NCBI RefSeq assembly: GCF_030684315.1
Contig: NC_081393.1
Location: 10,489,565 to 10,553,564, forward strand
DNA: 64,000 nt
From: Stegostoma tigrinum
Lineage: Eukaryota
Reading direction: 5' to 3'
The translations under genes and the position numbers were made by a program. Within the stretch, counting starts at the first letter, position 1. Every line of letters begins with the position of its first letter. Positions 11,920-24,085 of the stretch are shown one piece after another. The notes beneath the pieces were generated by a model, which saw only the letters and a list, made by a program, of their open reading frames with translations, made no database searches and was not told the DNA's origin.

Positions 11920-12862
11920 ATCACCCGCAACAGAAGTAAGAACAGAGTCCCTCAGCCCTCACATACCACCCCACCAACCTCTGCATCCAACACATCATCC
12001 TCCGCCACTTCCACCACCTTCAATCTAACCCCACCACCAAAGAGGTATTTCCCTCCCCACCCCCATTTGCCTTTCATAGGGACCACTCACACAGCAACTC
12101 CCTTGTCTGCTCCATACTCCCCACCAACCCCACCACACCCGGCACCTTTCCCTGCAACTACAGGAGGTGCTACACCTGCCCCAACACCTCATCTCTGTCC
12201 AAGACTCCAAGCAATCTTTTCAAATCTGACAGCAATTCACCTGTATGCACCCCTCCCCCACAACCTGGTCTTCTGTATCCTTTGTTCCTGATGTGGTCAC
12301 CTGTACATTGGTAAGACAAGCGCAGACTCGGTGGCCGATTCATGCCACATCTGAGCTCTGTATGCTATAATTAACTACACTTCCTAGTTGCCAGCCACTT
12401 CAACTCCCCCTCCCTCTCCCTGGATGACATGTCCATCCTGGCCCTCCTCCAGTGTCACAATGATGCCACACTCAAACTGGAGGAACACCTCATCTTCTGC
12501 CTCGGATCTCACAGCCTGATGGCCTCAACATAGAATTCACCAGTTTCAAAATCTCCCCACCCCTGCCTCAATCCATGTCCAACCCTCCCTCTTATCCCTG
12601 CCTCCTTGACCTGACCCAACCTGTCCATCTTCTTTCTCACCTACCTGCCCCACCCTTCCTATTCACCATTCTCCACTGCTCCTTGCCTGCATCCACCTAC
12701 CACCGTCCCACTTACCTTCCCCCAGCACCAGCCCTGATTTATTTCTGAGTTCCCTTCCCCCTCCTCAGTCCTGATGAAGGGTGTAAACCCAAAAAGTCGA
12801 CAACCTCTGCTCCTCTGATACTGCCTGACCGGCTGAGTTCCTCCAGCTCCACACAGTATCGA
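11920..12862 (+). mobile_element. Penelope-like element 3' fragment (degenerate GIY-YIG endonuclease and terminal repeat)
   Basis: Degenerate NLVFCILCS*CGHLYIG motif; collinear with the better-preserved copy at 52075-52853. Confidence 0.85.
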
Positions 12863-13232
12863 CTATATTCTTAAAGTGTTCTGACTGGGCAGAGAGTGCA
12901 CAGTGACTGCACTTGAAGCTTGGCTTTATAGCTCTTCCTTTATGACCCTGTTATTCTCGCTTGCTGTCTCTCCCTTTCTGAGTCTCTTGTTTTGTTTTGT
13001 TTTGCTCTTGTTTCTAAATTTCTTCACCCCATGATTGGGAACTTCCACTTATCCTGGCTCTTAAATTAACTCCAGATATCCTGAATCATTTTCATCCTTG
13101 TGGTGACAATTTTTAATTTGACCAACCAGGGATCAGGTAGATGGCTGTAGCTGATCTTACATACTTCTGTCATGCCCGTTGTAGCTAAGTTTGTGTCTTC
13201 AAGGCTTTTACATTTTAAGCTTTTGTATCTTG

Positions 13233-13249
13233 CAGAGAGAGAGAGAGAG
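13233..13249. repeat. Short (AG)n microsatellite
   Basis: cagagagagagagagaga. Confidence 0.8.
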
Positions 13250-14664
13250 ACGTGAATTCCTTTGTAACTGAAGCAATTTCTTACAGATTGCTTCAAGAAT
13301 GCAACATTTTGCTGCAATGAGCAACAAAGCTTTACATAAGCTTGCAGCATTTCTCTACATTGGCTTTTCTATACTTTGCCATACCTGAAAATTTCTCACT
13401 TTAATATACAACCAAGACAAATACCTGTTTGACTTAAATGTTTGTTTCTCTTAATAAAATAATGATTATTCTGGCTCATAATCTAATAACCAAAAATTGC
13501 TGTAATCATTCAATGTTCTGACAGCTGTTGCCTGTGAATTGAATACTTCAGCCATTCTCCGTATTGCATCTTACAATGTACCTAAAACCCTCTGCTGACA
13601 TGAATGCCTTGTGAGATCGATAACTGCCACATTGCAATCTGGATATTGGTTCAAAATAAAAGCAAATAGCTAATAAATCTGATTGTAGAAGTAAATGTGT
13701 TTGTAAATTTGATCACTGAGAACTATTGTGAAAGAACTGTGCCATTTCTGAAAGTACGCAAGTGATTCAGATAATTCAAATTTGCAGTCATGCCAATGTA
13801 TGCAACCACACATAGTGCTGCCATCCTGTGGTCAAGTTCACAACTTTCCTGAATTTTACATTGTAAAGGACAACCATTGGACTTCTTAATTTCTTCCTTT
13901 GTGTATGTTTTGTACAGAAGTCATGTTGCTATTGAAATAGACCATTGGAGCATGAGATGTAGGCTGTGCAGCTAATTTTGCTGTCAATGGTCATGCTATC
14001 AACATGCACAAAAGTCTTTTTTTCTACTCCTCTTTGAAAGAATTGTTACTGAGGGAATTGGATTACGGACAGCACGATGTATGAGGCAAAACAAAGTCAC
14101 AAGACTTCGCTTGACCAAACTAAATGTTTAGTGCAGATGGAAACTAATACATAAGGTTAGAATTTGTCAAAAAATTGATCTCATTCCAAGGATTAGAGTA
14201 CTATATGTTTGAACTGACTTTTTTTCAATAGGGGCTCAACTTTTTGTGAAGGTGAAATATGTCTGCATTTATTACTTTCTTATATCTTTTGTGTATCCCA
14301 CGTGCCTTATTACAAATGGATTACCATGTTGAGTGTAGTCACTTTTGATACACAGCAAGCAACCACATAAAGTAAGTAAATAAGGGTCAGAATGAGACAG
14401 AAAACCACCAGGAATAAGTGTCCAATTGTATCGAAGTGTCATTTCCATTTTCCACTGTTTCTTTCACAACAATCTTGGGAAGACATTTAAGTGTGTTGAT
14501 CGTGGTCAGATTTTATGGAGGCAAAACAGTGGTGAGGGAGAGGTGTTTAACCATCTAAAAAAACCCATGCCAGGACCCTGATTGTCCATTCACGTTTATA
14601 ACTGTGCCTTAAAGAACCACATTTTAAATTTAACCCTTGGTCAGGTTGCATTGACTTCTGGAGT

Positions 14665-14880
14665 CATAGAGTCATACAGCATGGAAACAGACCCTTCAGT
14701 CAAACTTATTCATGCCTACCAGATTTCTCCAACTTAATTAATCCCATTTGCCAGTGCTTGGTCTATATCCCTTGAAACCTTTCCTGTTCATATACCTGTC
14801 CAAACGTCTTTCCAATGTTGTAACTGTATCTGCATCTAACACTTCCTCTGGTCGTTCATCCCACATACAAACCACCCTTT
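14665..14880 (-). mobile_element. CR1-type LINE 3' end
   Basis: catagagtcatacagcatggaaacagacccttc... terminus, similar to the one at 26057. Confidence 0.75.
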
Positions 14881-15374
14881 GAAACCTGACAACTGAAAAG
14901 AAGTGACAATCGTACAACCTAGAAAGTAAAACTGCTGACCTGCTGGATTGAAGTTCTTCATCCTCACTTCACCAGGAAAAATAAACTGTAATCAGGTCCA
15001 GCTGTGAGACCAGAAGTAATCTGAGTCAATGGAGCGGCTAGTTCTTTGGAGGACTGCTGCTTAATTTTGAAAACATTTACTGTCGCCCCCAAACTTCCAT
15101 TAAGTTTGAAAACATTTGCTGTGTTCAGGGGAACATTGGACAAGGAGTAAGCCATTTAGCCCTGACAGCCTTATCTATCATAAATGAAAATTTGGCTGAT
15201 CTGTGACCAAATTCCACATAACGTTTAACAGAAACTGATCAGCACACATTTTTAAATTAACAATTGACTCAGTGTCAATTATCGTAAATTCCAAACTTCT
15301 GTCAATTTCTGGTGTTTAATTGCTTCCCTACTGTACTCCTGAAAGATATGTTTCCAATTTTTAGACAGAGCTAC

Positions 15375-16224
15375 TGTTATGAAACAGAGGTCGAAACCTC
15401 TCTGATAATTAAAGCCCAAACTCCCAGAGAAGACTGCCTCACTTTGTAATCTGCTAAAGGAAATGTGAAAAGTGGGAAAACCTTCCCCTCACATCCCAAT
15501 CTGTTGTAAAGAAGAGCTGAAATAAAATGAACTCTTCACAGTCACTCTACAATCAACAAATAGCAATTTATTTAATCTAACTCTAACAGTTAACAAATTA
15601 GCTGAACATTTTTCTCTTAAATTCTAACTATTCCTGAATAAAACAAAATTCAAATGGTATGCTGTTTTAATAGATATATGTCCCACATATAGGATGCAAT
15701 TCAATTTAAAAAAGTTAAAACTTAATCCCTTGAAATTACAGTCAGGAAATGTGAACCAGAATGTTTTTTGCCTTCCCCTCTGTCCTCTAGTCAAGATCAC
15801 CTTGCTCTGTTGAATTTTTTGTATTCAGAATATTAGCTAAGCGTGCCAGAGTACCTTTATTTTGGTGGTGCTTACTCTGAGAGTTTCAAGATTTCTGTGA
15901 GAGCCAGTGTGTTTCTCTTCAGAAAGCAGTTCCGTCTCACCCTGATTTTCTCAACCTCTTCTTTCATAACCCCTTGATGACCCATCAATTTCTTACATTA
16001 GGATTGATCCGAGGTTGTCAAGATGTAAATTTAATTGGTTTTTAGTTTCTAAGTACCTGGTTTAACTAAATTGTTCGATACTCAAACTCCTAGCCTTTTG
16101 ATACAATGTTTCAATTTCAGGAGCTGTCTGTGCACTTGAACATTTTTTAAAAATCTCCTACCCTTGACAAAAATGCATAATCTTTTAAAGGGACCACACA
16201 TTCTTCCGCCCGCTATTATTTTAC
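15375..16224. mobile_element. Possible solo LTR or other unclassified repeat
   Basis: Starts TGTTATGA immediately after a CR1 fragment and has a candidate ...TTACA end and a minus-strand AATAAA. No TSD found. Confidence 0.3.
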
Positions 16225-16830
16225 AAACAGCAAATCCTAGTATTCTGCCTGCCATTCCACAAGCACTGTACCAACTTTGCAACAACCACCCAGTGAAAGT
16301 ATTTTCAGCCTGCTGTGGAATGACATTAGAACCAGAGGCTCTTATTGTTCATTGTAGCACAGATAAACAATAATAAGAGGAAAGGTTTATGATAAATAAG
16401 TTTACTTTCAACACAGGTACTTCAGTGATTGGCTGAATTACAGCCACTTCACATTGTGCCTTGTACGTTTGTGTGTTTCAAATTTACAATCCTGATCTAA
16501 AGTTCAGTTGCAAGAAAATGTTAAGTTCTCCCTTAATGAAAACTTTTTTTTAAAAAATCATGTTTTAGACAATCATCTGTGTGTGCTGGAAATCTGAAAC
16601 AGCAGGAAATTGCTAGAGAAACTGAACAGGCCTGGCAGGATCTGTGGGGAGAAACAGAAAACCATAGTTTAACTGTTTCGAGTCCAGTGACCTTTCCACA
16701 GAAGTTGTGAAGTGTTTTGTGGGGGTGCTTAAAAATTTGCCTCATTTCATTTTCAGTCTTTGCCCTGCTCATATAGCTGTTTAGGACAAGGGGCAGGCCC
16801 TCAGGCCCAAATTAAAATTGAGAATTAGCT

Positions 16831-17133
16831 GGGGCGGTATGATGGCATAGTGGTTAGAACTGATACCTCACAGTGCCAAGGACCTGAGTTCAATCTAAGC
16901 TCAGGTAATTTTCTGTGTGGAGTTTGCACATTCTCCCCATGTCTGCGTGGGTTTCCTCCCACAGTCCAAAGATGTGCAGACTAGGTGGATTGTCCATGCT
17001 AAATTGCCGATAGTGTTCAGGGATGTGTAGATTAGGTGGGTTATAGGGGGATGGGTCTGGATGGGATGCGCTGAGAATCTGTGTGGACTTGTTGGGCAGA
17101 AGGGCCTGTTTGCACTCTGTCGGGATTCTATGA
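16831..17133 (+). mobile_element. HE1-like tRNA-derived V-SINE
   Basis: A-box-like tggcatagtggttag, B-box-like gagttcaatc, V-domain tgtgtggagtttgcacattctcccc, HER1-like tail gaagggcctgttt. Confidence 0.9.
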
Positions 17134-17149
17134 CGAAGCTCCAGCACCA

Positions 17150-17500
17150 AGGACAGCGACAGGCACATGCGTACAGCGGCAGCACCAGGAGCCGCATTAG
17201 GCGCGTGCGCAGTCGGCGTTTTGCCGGCAGTGGGCGGTCGGCCCGTGAGGGAGATTGCGCTGTAGCTTCCCCCTGCCGCTTGGGAGCGAGAGACAAGATG
17301 GCGACGAAGGGAATCGGGAGAATGGTGAATGGAGCCATGGGCGATATTACAGGCTCGGGGAGCCGACAACATGCTCAGGCGGTCAGCAGGGACTACATGT
17401 CGCAGCCGCGGCTCAGTGAGTGTTTCACGGTGTGAGAGTGGGTGACGGGGAGTGGAGGTGAGATGAGATGATGGGGGATCGTGCGGCCCTGTTTGGGGGA
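17150..17500 (+). promoter_or_regulatory. CpG-island promoter of ATP6V1B2 with NRF1-like and YY1-like motifs
   Basis: Strong local CpG enrichment. GCGCGTGCGCA at 17201-17211, GCACATGCGT at 17163-17172, and CAAGATGGCG overlapping the ATG. Confidence 0.8.
17298..17415 (+). CDS. ATP6V1B2: ATP6V1B2 exon 1: MATKGIGRMVNGAMGDITGSGSRQHAQAVSRDYMSQPRL
   Basis: Kozak aagATGG; AVSRxYxSQPRL motif; donor gtgagt. Confidence 0.97.
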
Positions 17501-17985
17501 AGGTTAGGAACAACAAACCATCAGAAGCAGCCGGCCCGAAAGGCTGGGAGATGTCACCCTCTCCAGGCAGGGAGATAGCACTGCTCGGCAAGGAAAGGCA
17601 ACTCGACCCGACACAAGACCCTGAGTGAGCTGGTTGCCAGCACTGAGCCGTTTTATCTGCGATGACATACAGGGTTTGTTTTGGACAGAGTGGTGTGAAA
17701 CACTCAATCTCAAACTGATACAGGAACGAACATGACACCAAAACAAAAATACAATAAATGAACAGCAATAACATTCAGTCGATAATCATTAAAGACAAAG
17801 CAGCATTGTACATACATTGTAAATAGGAACATTTGTAATTTTGGAATATTTCAGAAAAATGTTGTCATTCTATCCCGTCAGAAGACCAGATCACTTAGTT
17901 TCTCCTGCTTCGAGCCTTTTGCTGGGAAGCTGTTGTTATGAGCATGCGTGCATTCAGCTTCACATCCAAAGATTTTAATGAGAGT

Positions 17986-18302
17986 TTAGATTAGATTAGA
18001 TTTCCCACAGTGTGGAAACAGGCCCTTCGGCCCAACAAATCCACACCGCCCCTTGGAGCATCTCACCCACACCCATCCCCCTATAACCCACACACCCCTG
18101 AACACTACGAACAATTTAGCATGGCCGATCCACCTAGCCTGCACATCTTTGGACTCTGGGAGGAAACCAGAGCACTTGTAGGAAACCCATGCAGACACGG
18201 GGAGAATGTGCAAACTCCACACAGACAGTCACACGAGGCTGGAATTGAACCTGGATCCCTGGCGCTGTGAGGCTCAGTGGTTAGCACTGCACCATGCCTC
18301 CC
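17986..18302 (-). mobile_element. HE1-like V-SINE
   Basis: Reverse-complement copy with a (TAGAT)n tail at 17986. Confidence 0.9.
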
Positions 18303-20924
18303 GTTAAACACATTTAATTTGTTCCTAAGCATTTCAGTCCCTGTGGCTGTTGCTTGCCCCTTCTGTCCCCTTTCAAACTTCGGCTACCTCCCCTACTGCA
18401 CCACTCCCTCCCCCAGGTGCACTGTTCTGTGTAAACTGAGGTGGATTAGAAATGAACGATCTGTTTCCACTAGCAGAGAGGTCAAAAATCAGAGATACAC
18501 AATTGAATAATTTTGTTGCAGGATTACAGGACAGTTGAGAATATGGAAAGGTTCAAGTTGAGACAAGGAATCTGTGTCTTGAAAATAATGGTTGGCTAGA
18601 CAGTTAGGTTTTCACAAAAAGTGGGTTCAGACTGGATGGTTAATACTTAGCCAGTGATGGCATGATGGGCCCAATAGTTCATTGTGCACATTGAAGAGCA
18701 GGCAATTCCTTTGAACTCGTGGAGAGAGGAGGACAATTCTGATTTGAAGTTTTAGATTTTCTCTCCCGGAAGTTACTGTCTGATATGAATATTTCCAACA
18801 TTTCTGTGGTGGAGTGAGGGTGTGGAATGCACACTGTGCTGAGGTGAAGTTCAGAGAGTGAACAAGACAAATTTGCACATAAGTGGAGTGGGGAAAATAA
18901 TGCTCCCACACAAAATTGGAGGTTCGGTGACTGAATTTGCAGACTGTCAGGAAAGTGCATTTTTCACCACTTGGTGCTGGAACAAAGGCTCAAGCATGCA
19001 TCTTTGTGGAGACCTGATTACATGAAATTTGATTTGAAAGTTCCAAAAACAAATCACTCTTCAGTCCTGGACTCAGCTATTTGCCAGTCTGCAACTTCTT
19101 TCAGGTCTGTACAAGGGCAGCAGGCTTGTGTAGTATCTGCCTGCTTGTGTATCTGAAGTTCCACTTCAATTATTCAGTATGTTGCTGTAGGTAAATTATA
19201 GACAAAACTTATACTTGACCTTTGACCAACACAGTGAAGACTTCAGCATCTATTATGGTGGATTATCCATAACCCATGCCAACAGGACAAACCCAGCCTC
19301 ACTCATAATTTCTGATGCAGCACTAAAACTAAAAAGGCTTTTGACTTGTTCCTTTACTCTGAGGCGGCAGGCAATCGAAATGCACTTTGCATGGCAAAAT
19401 TCATGTTGTCACCTCAGTCAAAACCCAGCAGCAACAACAGCTGAAACCTCCTGTGTGGTTTCAGAATTTTCAACAACAGGGAGTCGTTTTTATAGAAATT
19501 CTCTGAGCTGCTCAGGACCTCCCCTACAACTGTTCACTCTTTTTGTCCTGGGCAGAATCCTCCTCAGGAATTCACCTAATCACTGGCTTTGACTGGAGCC
19601 ATGAATTTATGACATCATAGCCTTTTCTATGGATTCCAAAAAAAAGCTTCATCATGAAGTCCGAAATCATTGTTCTCCTCAACCCAGCATAGGAAGAAAA
19701 TGGCCTGTTAATCTCGTTCATTAACCTGTGCCTCTACAGCCTTGACTTACCTTTGGGCAATATTCATTGCTGAATAAAAGGGTTGATTTCAGTCTTGAAC
19801 ATTTAATTTGGCCAAATTGAGTCCTTCGGTGAGTGAATTTGAGTGTGTTCAATGATGCTTTGTTTAAAGATGCTTCCCAGTTTGCTCCTTAAGTGGCTTT
19901 GTGCATGTTTTGAGATGATTGACCTCCTGTTTTGAATTCCTCCAGCAGAACAAATTGTTTCTCTGCATGCACCCTTTAATCAGTTTGCATGTCTTGCTTA
20001 GATCACTCTGAATTCTGTAAATTCAAAGGTGTACAATTGGAATATATGCTATTTACCTGTATATTATAAATTGAAAGGTTCAGTTACAATTCTGATAAAT
20101 CTGCAGCATGCTGTCAATGTTCATTTTGAGGTTTGGTTGCCAAAACTGACCCAATTCAGTAGGTAATCTGATGAAAATTCTGCAAAATGAACGCATAACT
20201 TTTCCCTTTGCGTAACAATCTCCTTCTCCGAAGGACCAACATTTTATTCGGCTTTCAAACTTTCCTTTGTACCCACTGACTTGTTTTTTGTGATGTGTTC
20301 AGGAACTTCGAAATAGGCTTGTTCTTCCACAGCTCCCAGTTTCTCTCCATTACGGAAGTGTTCTGATTTGTCTTTCTCACATTCAGAGTGGATCATCTAC
20401 CCTTTCTCTTGCTACCTATTCAGCATTTTCTGTTTCTGTTTCACTATTAACAGCATTGATGATTTGGTTGTTCAGAATATTCTTGAAGATGGGGTTTGAA
20501 ACAGACTCATTTCTTATTTAATTATTATTGGCTATTATAGCGACATCTTAAATGATTTGATGTTCACATTCTGTTGGCCCTTTTACACATCCATGGGTTG
20601 TGCATCCCTTCCGGTGTAATGAATAGGTTTGATCATGGTTTGCTTTGATACTAGCAATATGCTGATGTCCTAAAATACCTGACTCAAATCTCAAAACCTA
20701 AAACCAGTTCTAACTCATGATTTGGAACATATGGGCATAACGTTGCCAACGTAAAATCAGGTGCTGCAAAATTTCACTTGTGCCTTTACAATATGCACAA
20801 GCTTGCATTTTGAAGACATAAATTTCAAATTCATCAAATTTAACATTGTTTCTACAGTCCAGTCCTAAAATCCTGTGTTCATTTATGTAGGTAAAAGCAA
20901 CTAATGCAGCATTTTACTTTGCAG

Positions 20925-20980
20925 CGTACAAGACTGTATCTGGTGTCAATGGGCCCTTGGTAATCCTGGACCAAGTGAAG
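20925..20980 (+). CDS. ATP6V1B2: ATP6V1B2 exon 2 (56 nt): TYKTVSGVNGPLVILDQVK
   Basis: tttgcag acceptor, gtacag donor, conserved peptide. Confidence 0.98.
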
Positions 20981-22849
20981 GTACAGAGCTTAATGTTTTC
21001 TGTCAAGGTGGCTAGCATCCCACAGTTGTTTCATCACATCCAGTCTTTGGCTATCCTTCATGCAAACAATTATCATCATCCCAGGCAACTTCCCTGTTGC
21101 AATATCCCACTCTCCTTTCCCACCAATCTGTTTTTAAATGTTAATGTCGTCTTCGCTTCTCTCACCATCTCCCCATACCTTGTTCCCAAAAAAAAGTTTC
21201 CTCTTCACTTTTGCTGAAATATTTTTTCTTTTAAAGCTTAAATCTATGTCTCTCTTTCTTGGTCTATCTAATGACTGGCAACAGTCAGATCTATGTTGTC
21301 TGGCCCATTCCTTCATGAGCTTTTTTTTAATCATCCCTTGAATTCCTTCTGTCAGGTATTAGTTCCAGTTTTGAAGTCTTTTCACTGAACTGTTATTTTG
21401 TCAAACCCACCACGAGCGTAAGAATCTGTATGCAGCTATTTTTGTTCCAATATATTTCCATTTAACTGCTGCATTGTCTACTTATTGCCATTTCAGGAAG
21501 TTTATTTGTGATATGTGACTTTGACGTAAATGCCTGTACTTTACCACGGAACCCAGTAATTCCTGCAATTGGCGTGCTTCAAGTTTAGTTTGTGCTTCAT
21601 CTCTGTTTATTAACAGTAATTCGAAACTTGAAATAATCCTGATATTCAGTGCTATGTATTTTTTCTGCCTTATTTTGTTTAAACTTTGAACCATTTCTAA
21701 ATTGTTGCTGTGTCAGAATGTTAGAATTCCCTTCTTGTGGTTGCACCATTACCACTACCTTTTACACCACCTTCTCAAGGACATTTGATGATGGGCAAGA
21801 AATTCAGTCCTTGCTATTAACGTCCACTTCCATTGAATAAATGAATATTTGCTTTTTAAGAATTCATTCCGTTGACTTGGAATTCTTGTAATCTCAGTAC
21901 TCTGAGCCATCATCATTTTTATCTGCTTTGTTCTATCTTAATTTCTGTTGTAATATCCTATTTTGACCTGCAGTAACATCATATTACAATCACTATTCCT
22001 GAGATGCTCAGCCCCTTTTGTCTCCTGTAGCTGATTTATTTTGAAACAAATAAACTAAATCTTAACAACGCACTTTACCTTGTAAACATACAAATAACCT
22101 TTCTGGGGAAGGATCCATTTGCATGTTTTAGGAATTATATTTCCTTTGTTCTACTTTTGCTGTTGACATGCTGTCCAAAACCAAATGTAATTAAAATGTC
22201 TTAAAATAATACTTCTTCTCTGCACTCTTCTGTATTTTGTACATTGGTTTCCTCTTCCTTTTTCTTTCCACAGTTTAGAGCCTGTCACCCAACTTCATTT
22301 GTAATTTGAATTTGTTTTGTTGATTATGAACATCTCTTGTGTTCTTCAAACATAATGAAGAAAATTTTCTGTCTTTCATGTATATCGTTAATTCTCTTCT
22401 CTTAGTTAGTGTTACTGCTAAAATGTTTTAGCCCTGCATGTTGATTTATTTTCTAGTCTTGCTCAGTTTTCAGAAAATCTTTTGTTAATTGTATTAAATC
22501 TGTATTCTGCTGTGACTTGGTTCTTTTGAACCTGCAGAATGTGTTCACACGATGCATAGCAGCAACCCACCAAAGCTTCTTCAACAGCTTCTCCAGAACC
22601 TGTGACCTGAACTCTCAAGTCAAGGAAGCAGGTTCAATAGAATACCATCACTTCCCTTACCCACCAAGTCAGACACTAGACTGATGTGCATATATTGCAG
22701 CTACTTAATGGCTTCTATGGCTAAATCTTGGAATGTGTATCGTGCATCCTGACGCCACCAAGCTCCAAAGTTGGGCATGAGCAATGACTGCTGGCCTGTT
22801 GTTGACAAGTTCATTTGAGTTGGGGAAAAGGAAAATTCAGATGAATCAG

Positions 22850-23600
22850 AACTTGGTGATGTAGTAAATGTTAGGCAGGATAGTAGCAGACCTGTCAAGT
22901 GCAGTGACAGTGGAGAAATGGGCAGTCATGTCGGAGGCAAATGTGAAGTGCCACATCTTGGAAGGAAAAACATGGAGAGGCAGTATCACCCAATTGAGGG
23001 GTTGGATGAACATAGATGCATGTTCATACGTCTTTGAAGGTGACACAGTAAGTTGACAAAGCTTTTAAGCAACCGTATAGGCAGCAGAAATTCAAGCGAA
23101 ACCGTTACAGATCATTGGATGAGTCACTGATGAAGGATTGTATGTGTGGTTGTGGCATGTGGTCAAGGTTTTCGAGAGGAGACAGAGCAAGTTTACCAGA
23201 ATGACACCAGGCCTTTGAGACATCTGCTGTGGAAATAGGTTGGATAATTTGGAACAATTATTTGGGTACAGAACGTTGCAGGGCATTTTAGTCGACCTCT
23301 TCAAAAGAATGAGGAATTTTAACAGAGATCATCAGGAGAAACATTACTGAGTGGGTCAAGAACAAGGGTTTCTTGATTTAAGATGATCAGCATAAGAAAA
23401 TAGACAGCAATTTAGATCTGGAAAGTACCACACCAAATATTGCTGAAATCATATTCGCTTGGAACTTTGGAAAAGTATTTGGACATGGATTTGAAGAGAG
23501 TGAATTGTCACAGTTTACAGGATAAAAGCTGAAAACTGGATGAAATTGGACACCTCTTAAAAGAAGCAGCACAGGCCCAAGTTTGCATTTGGCCTCCTCC
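22850..23600 (+). mobile_element. Highly degenerate CR1 LINE fragment
   Basis: Residual RT C-terminal similarity (EKWAVMSEANVKCHILEG) and a CR1-like 3' end. Confidence 0.5.
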
Positions 23601-23983
23601 TGCATAGTAGGATTTTGTAATGTTACAAATGCATCTCCAGTGATGTCTAGATCATTTCTGAATGTTTTTCGGTTTGTGTGACAGTATGGTAGTTATGGTG
23701 CGTTATTTTGATAGACAAGTAATTTGCAGGCCTTCGTTAATAATCCTAAGAATGTACAAAGTTTCACATCTAATTGGCAGGTTGTGAATTTGTGTTTCAT
23801 TTAATTTCATCGATGAGGCCTCACATTCCCAAGGTGCACACAGCGTCATATAAAATTGTGGTGCTTTTTCTGAGACTCATTTATTAGAAGTTGCGGGAGT
23901 ACCAGATGAGATTATGTAAAATGTTATATTTGCAATATCTGCCATCTTATACAAGTACCAGAATCCTGACCTTTTACCTGTAG

Positions 23984-24085
<102 letters not shown>

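Noticed and set aside
16831-16910. tRNA-like sequences at SINE heads
   Set aside because: The A/B boxes continue into V-SINE bodies, so these are not standalone tRNA genes.
16890-17774. 294-aa minus-strand ORF across ATP6V1B2 exon 1
   Set aside because: Explained by stop-poor GC-rich CpG-island sequence plus the HE1 SINE; no domain similarity.
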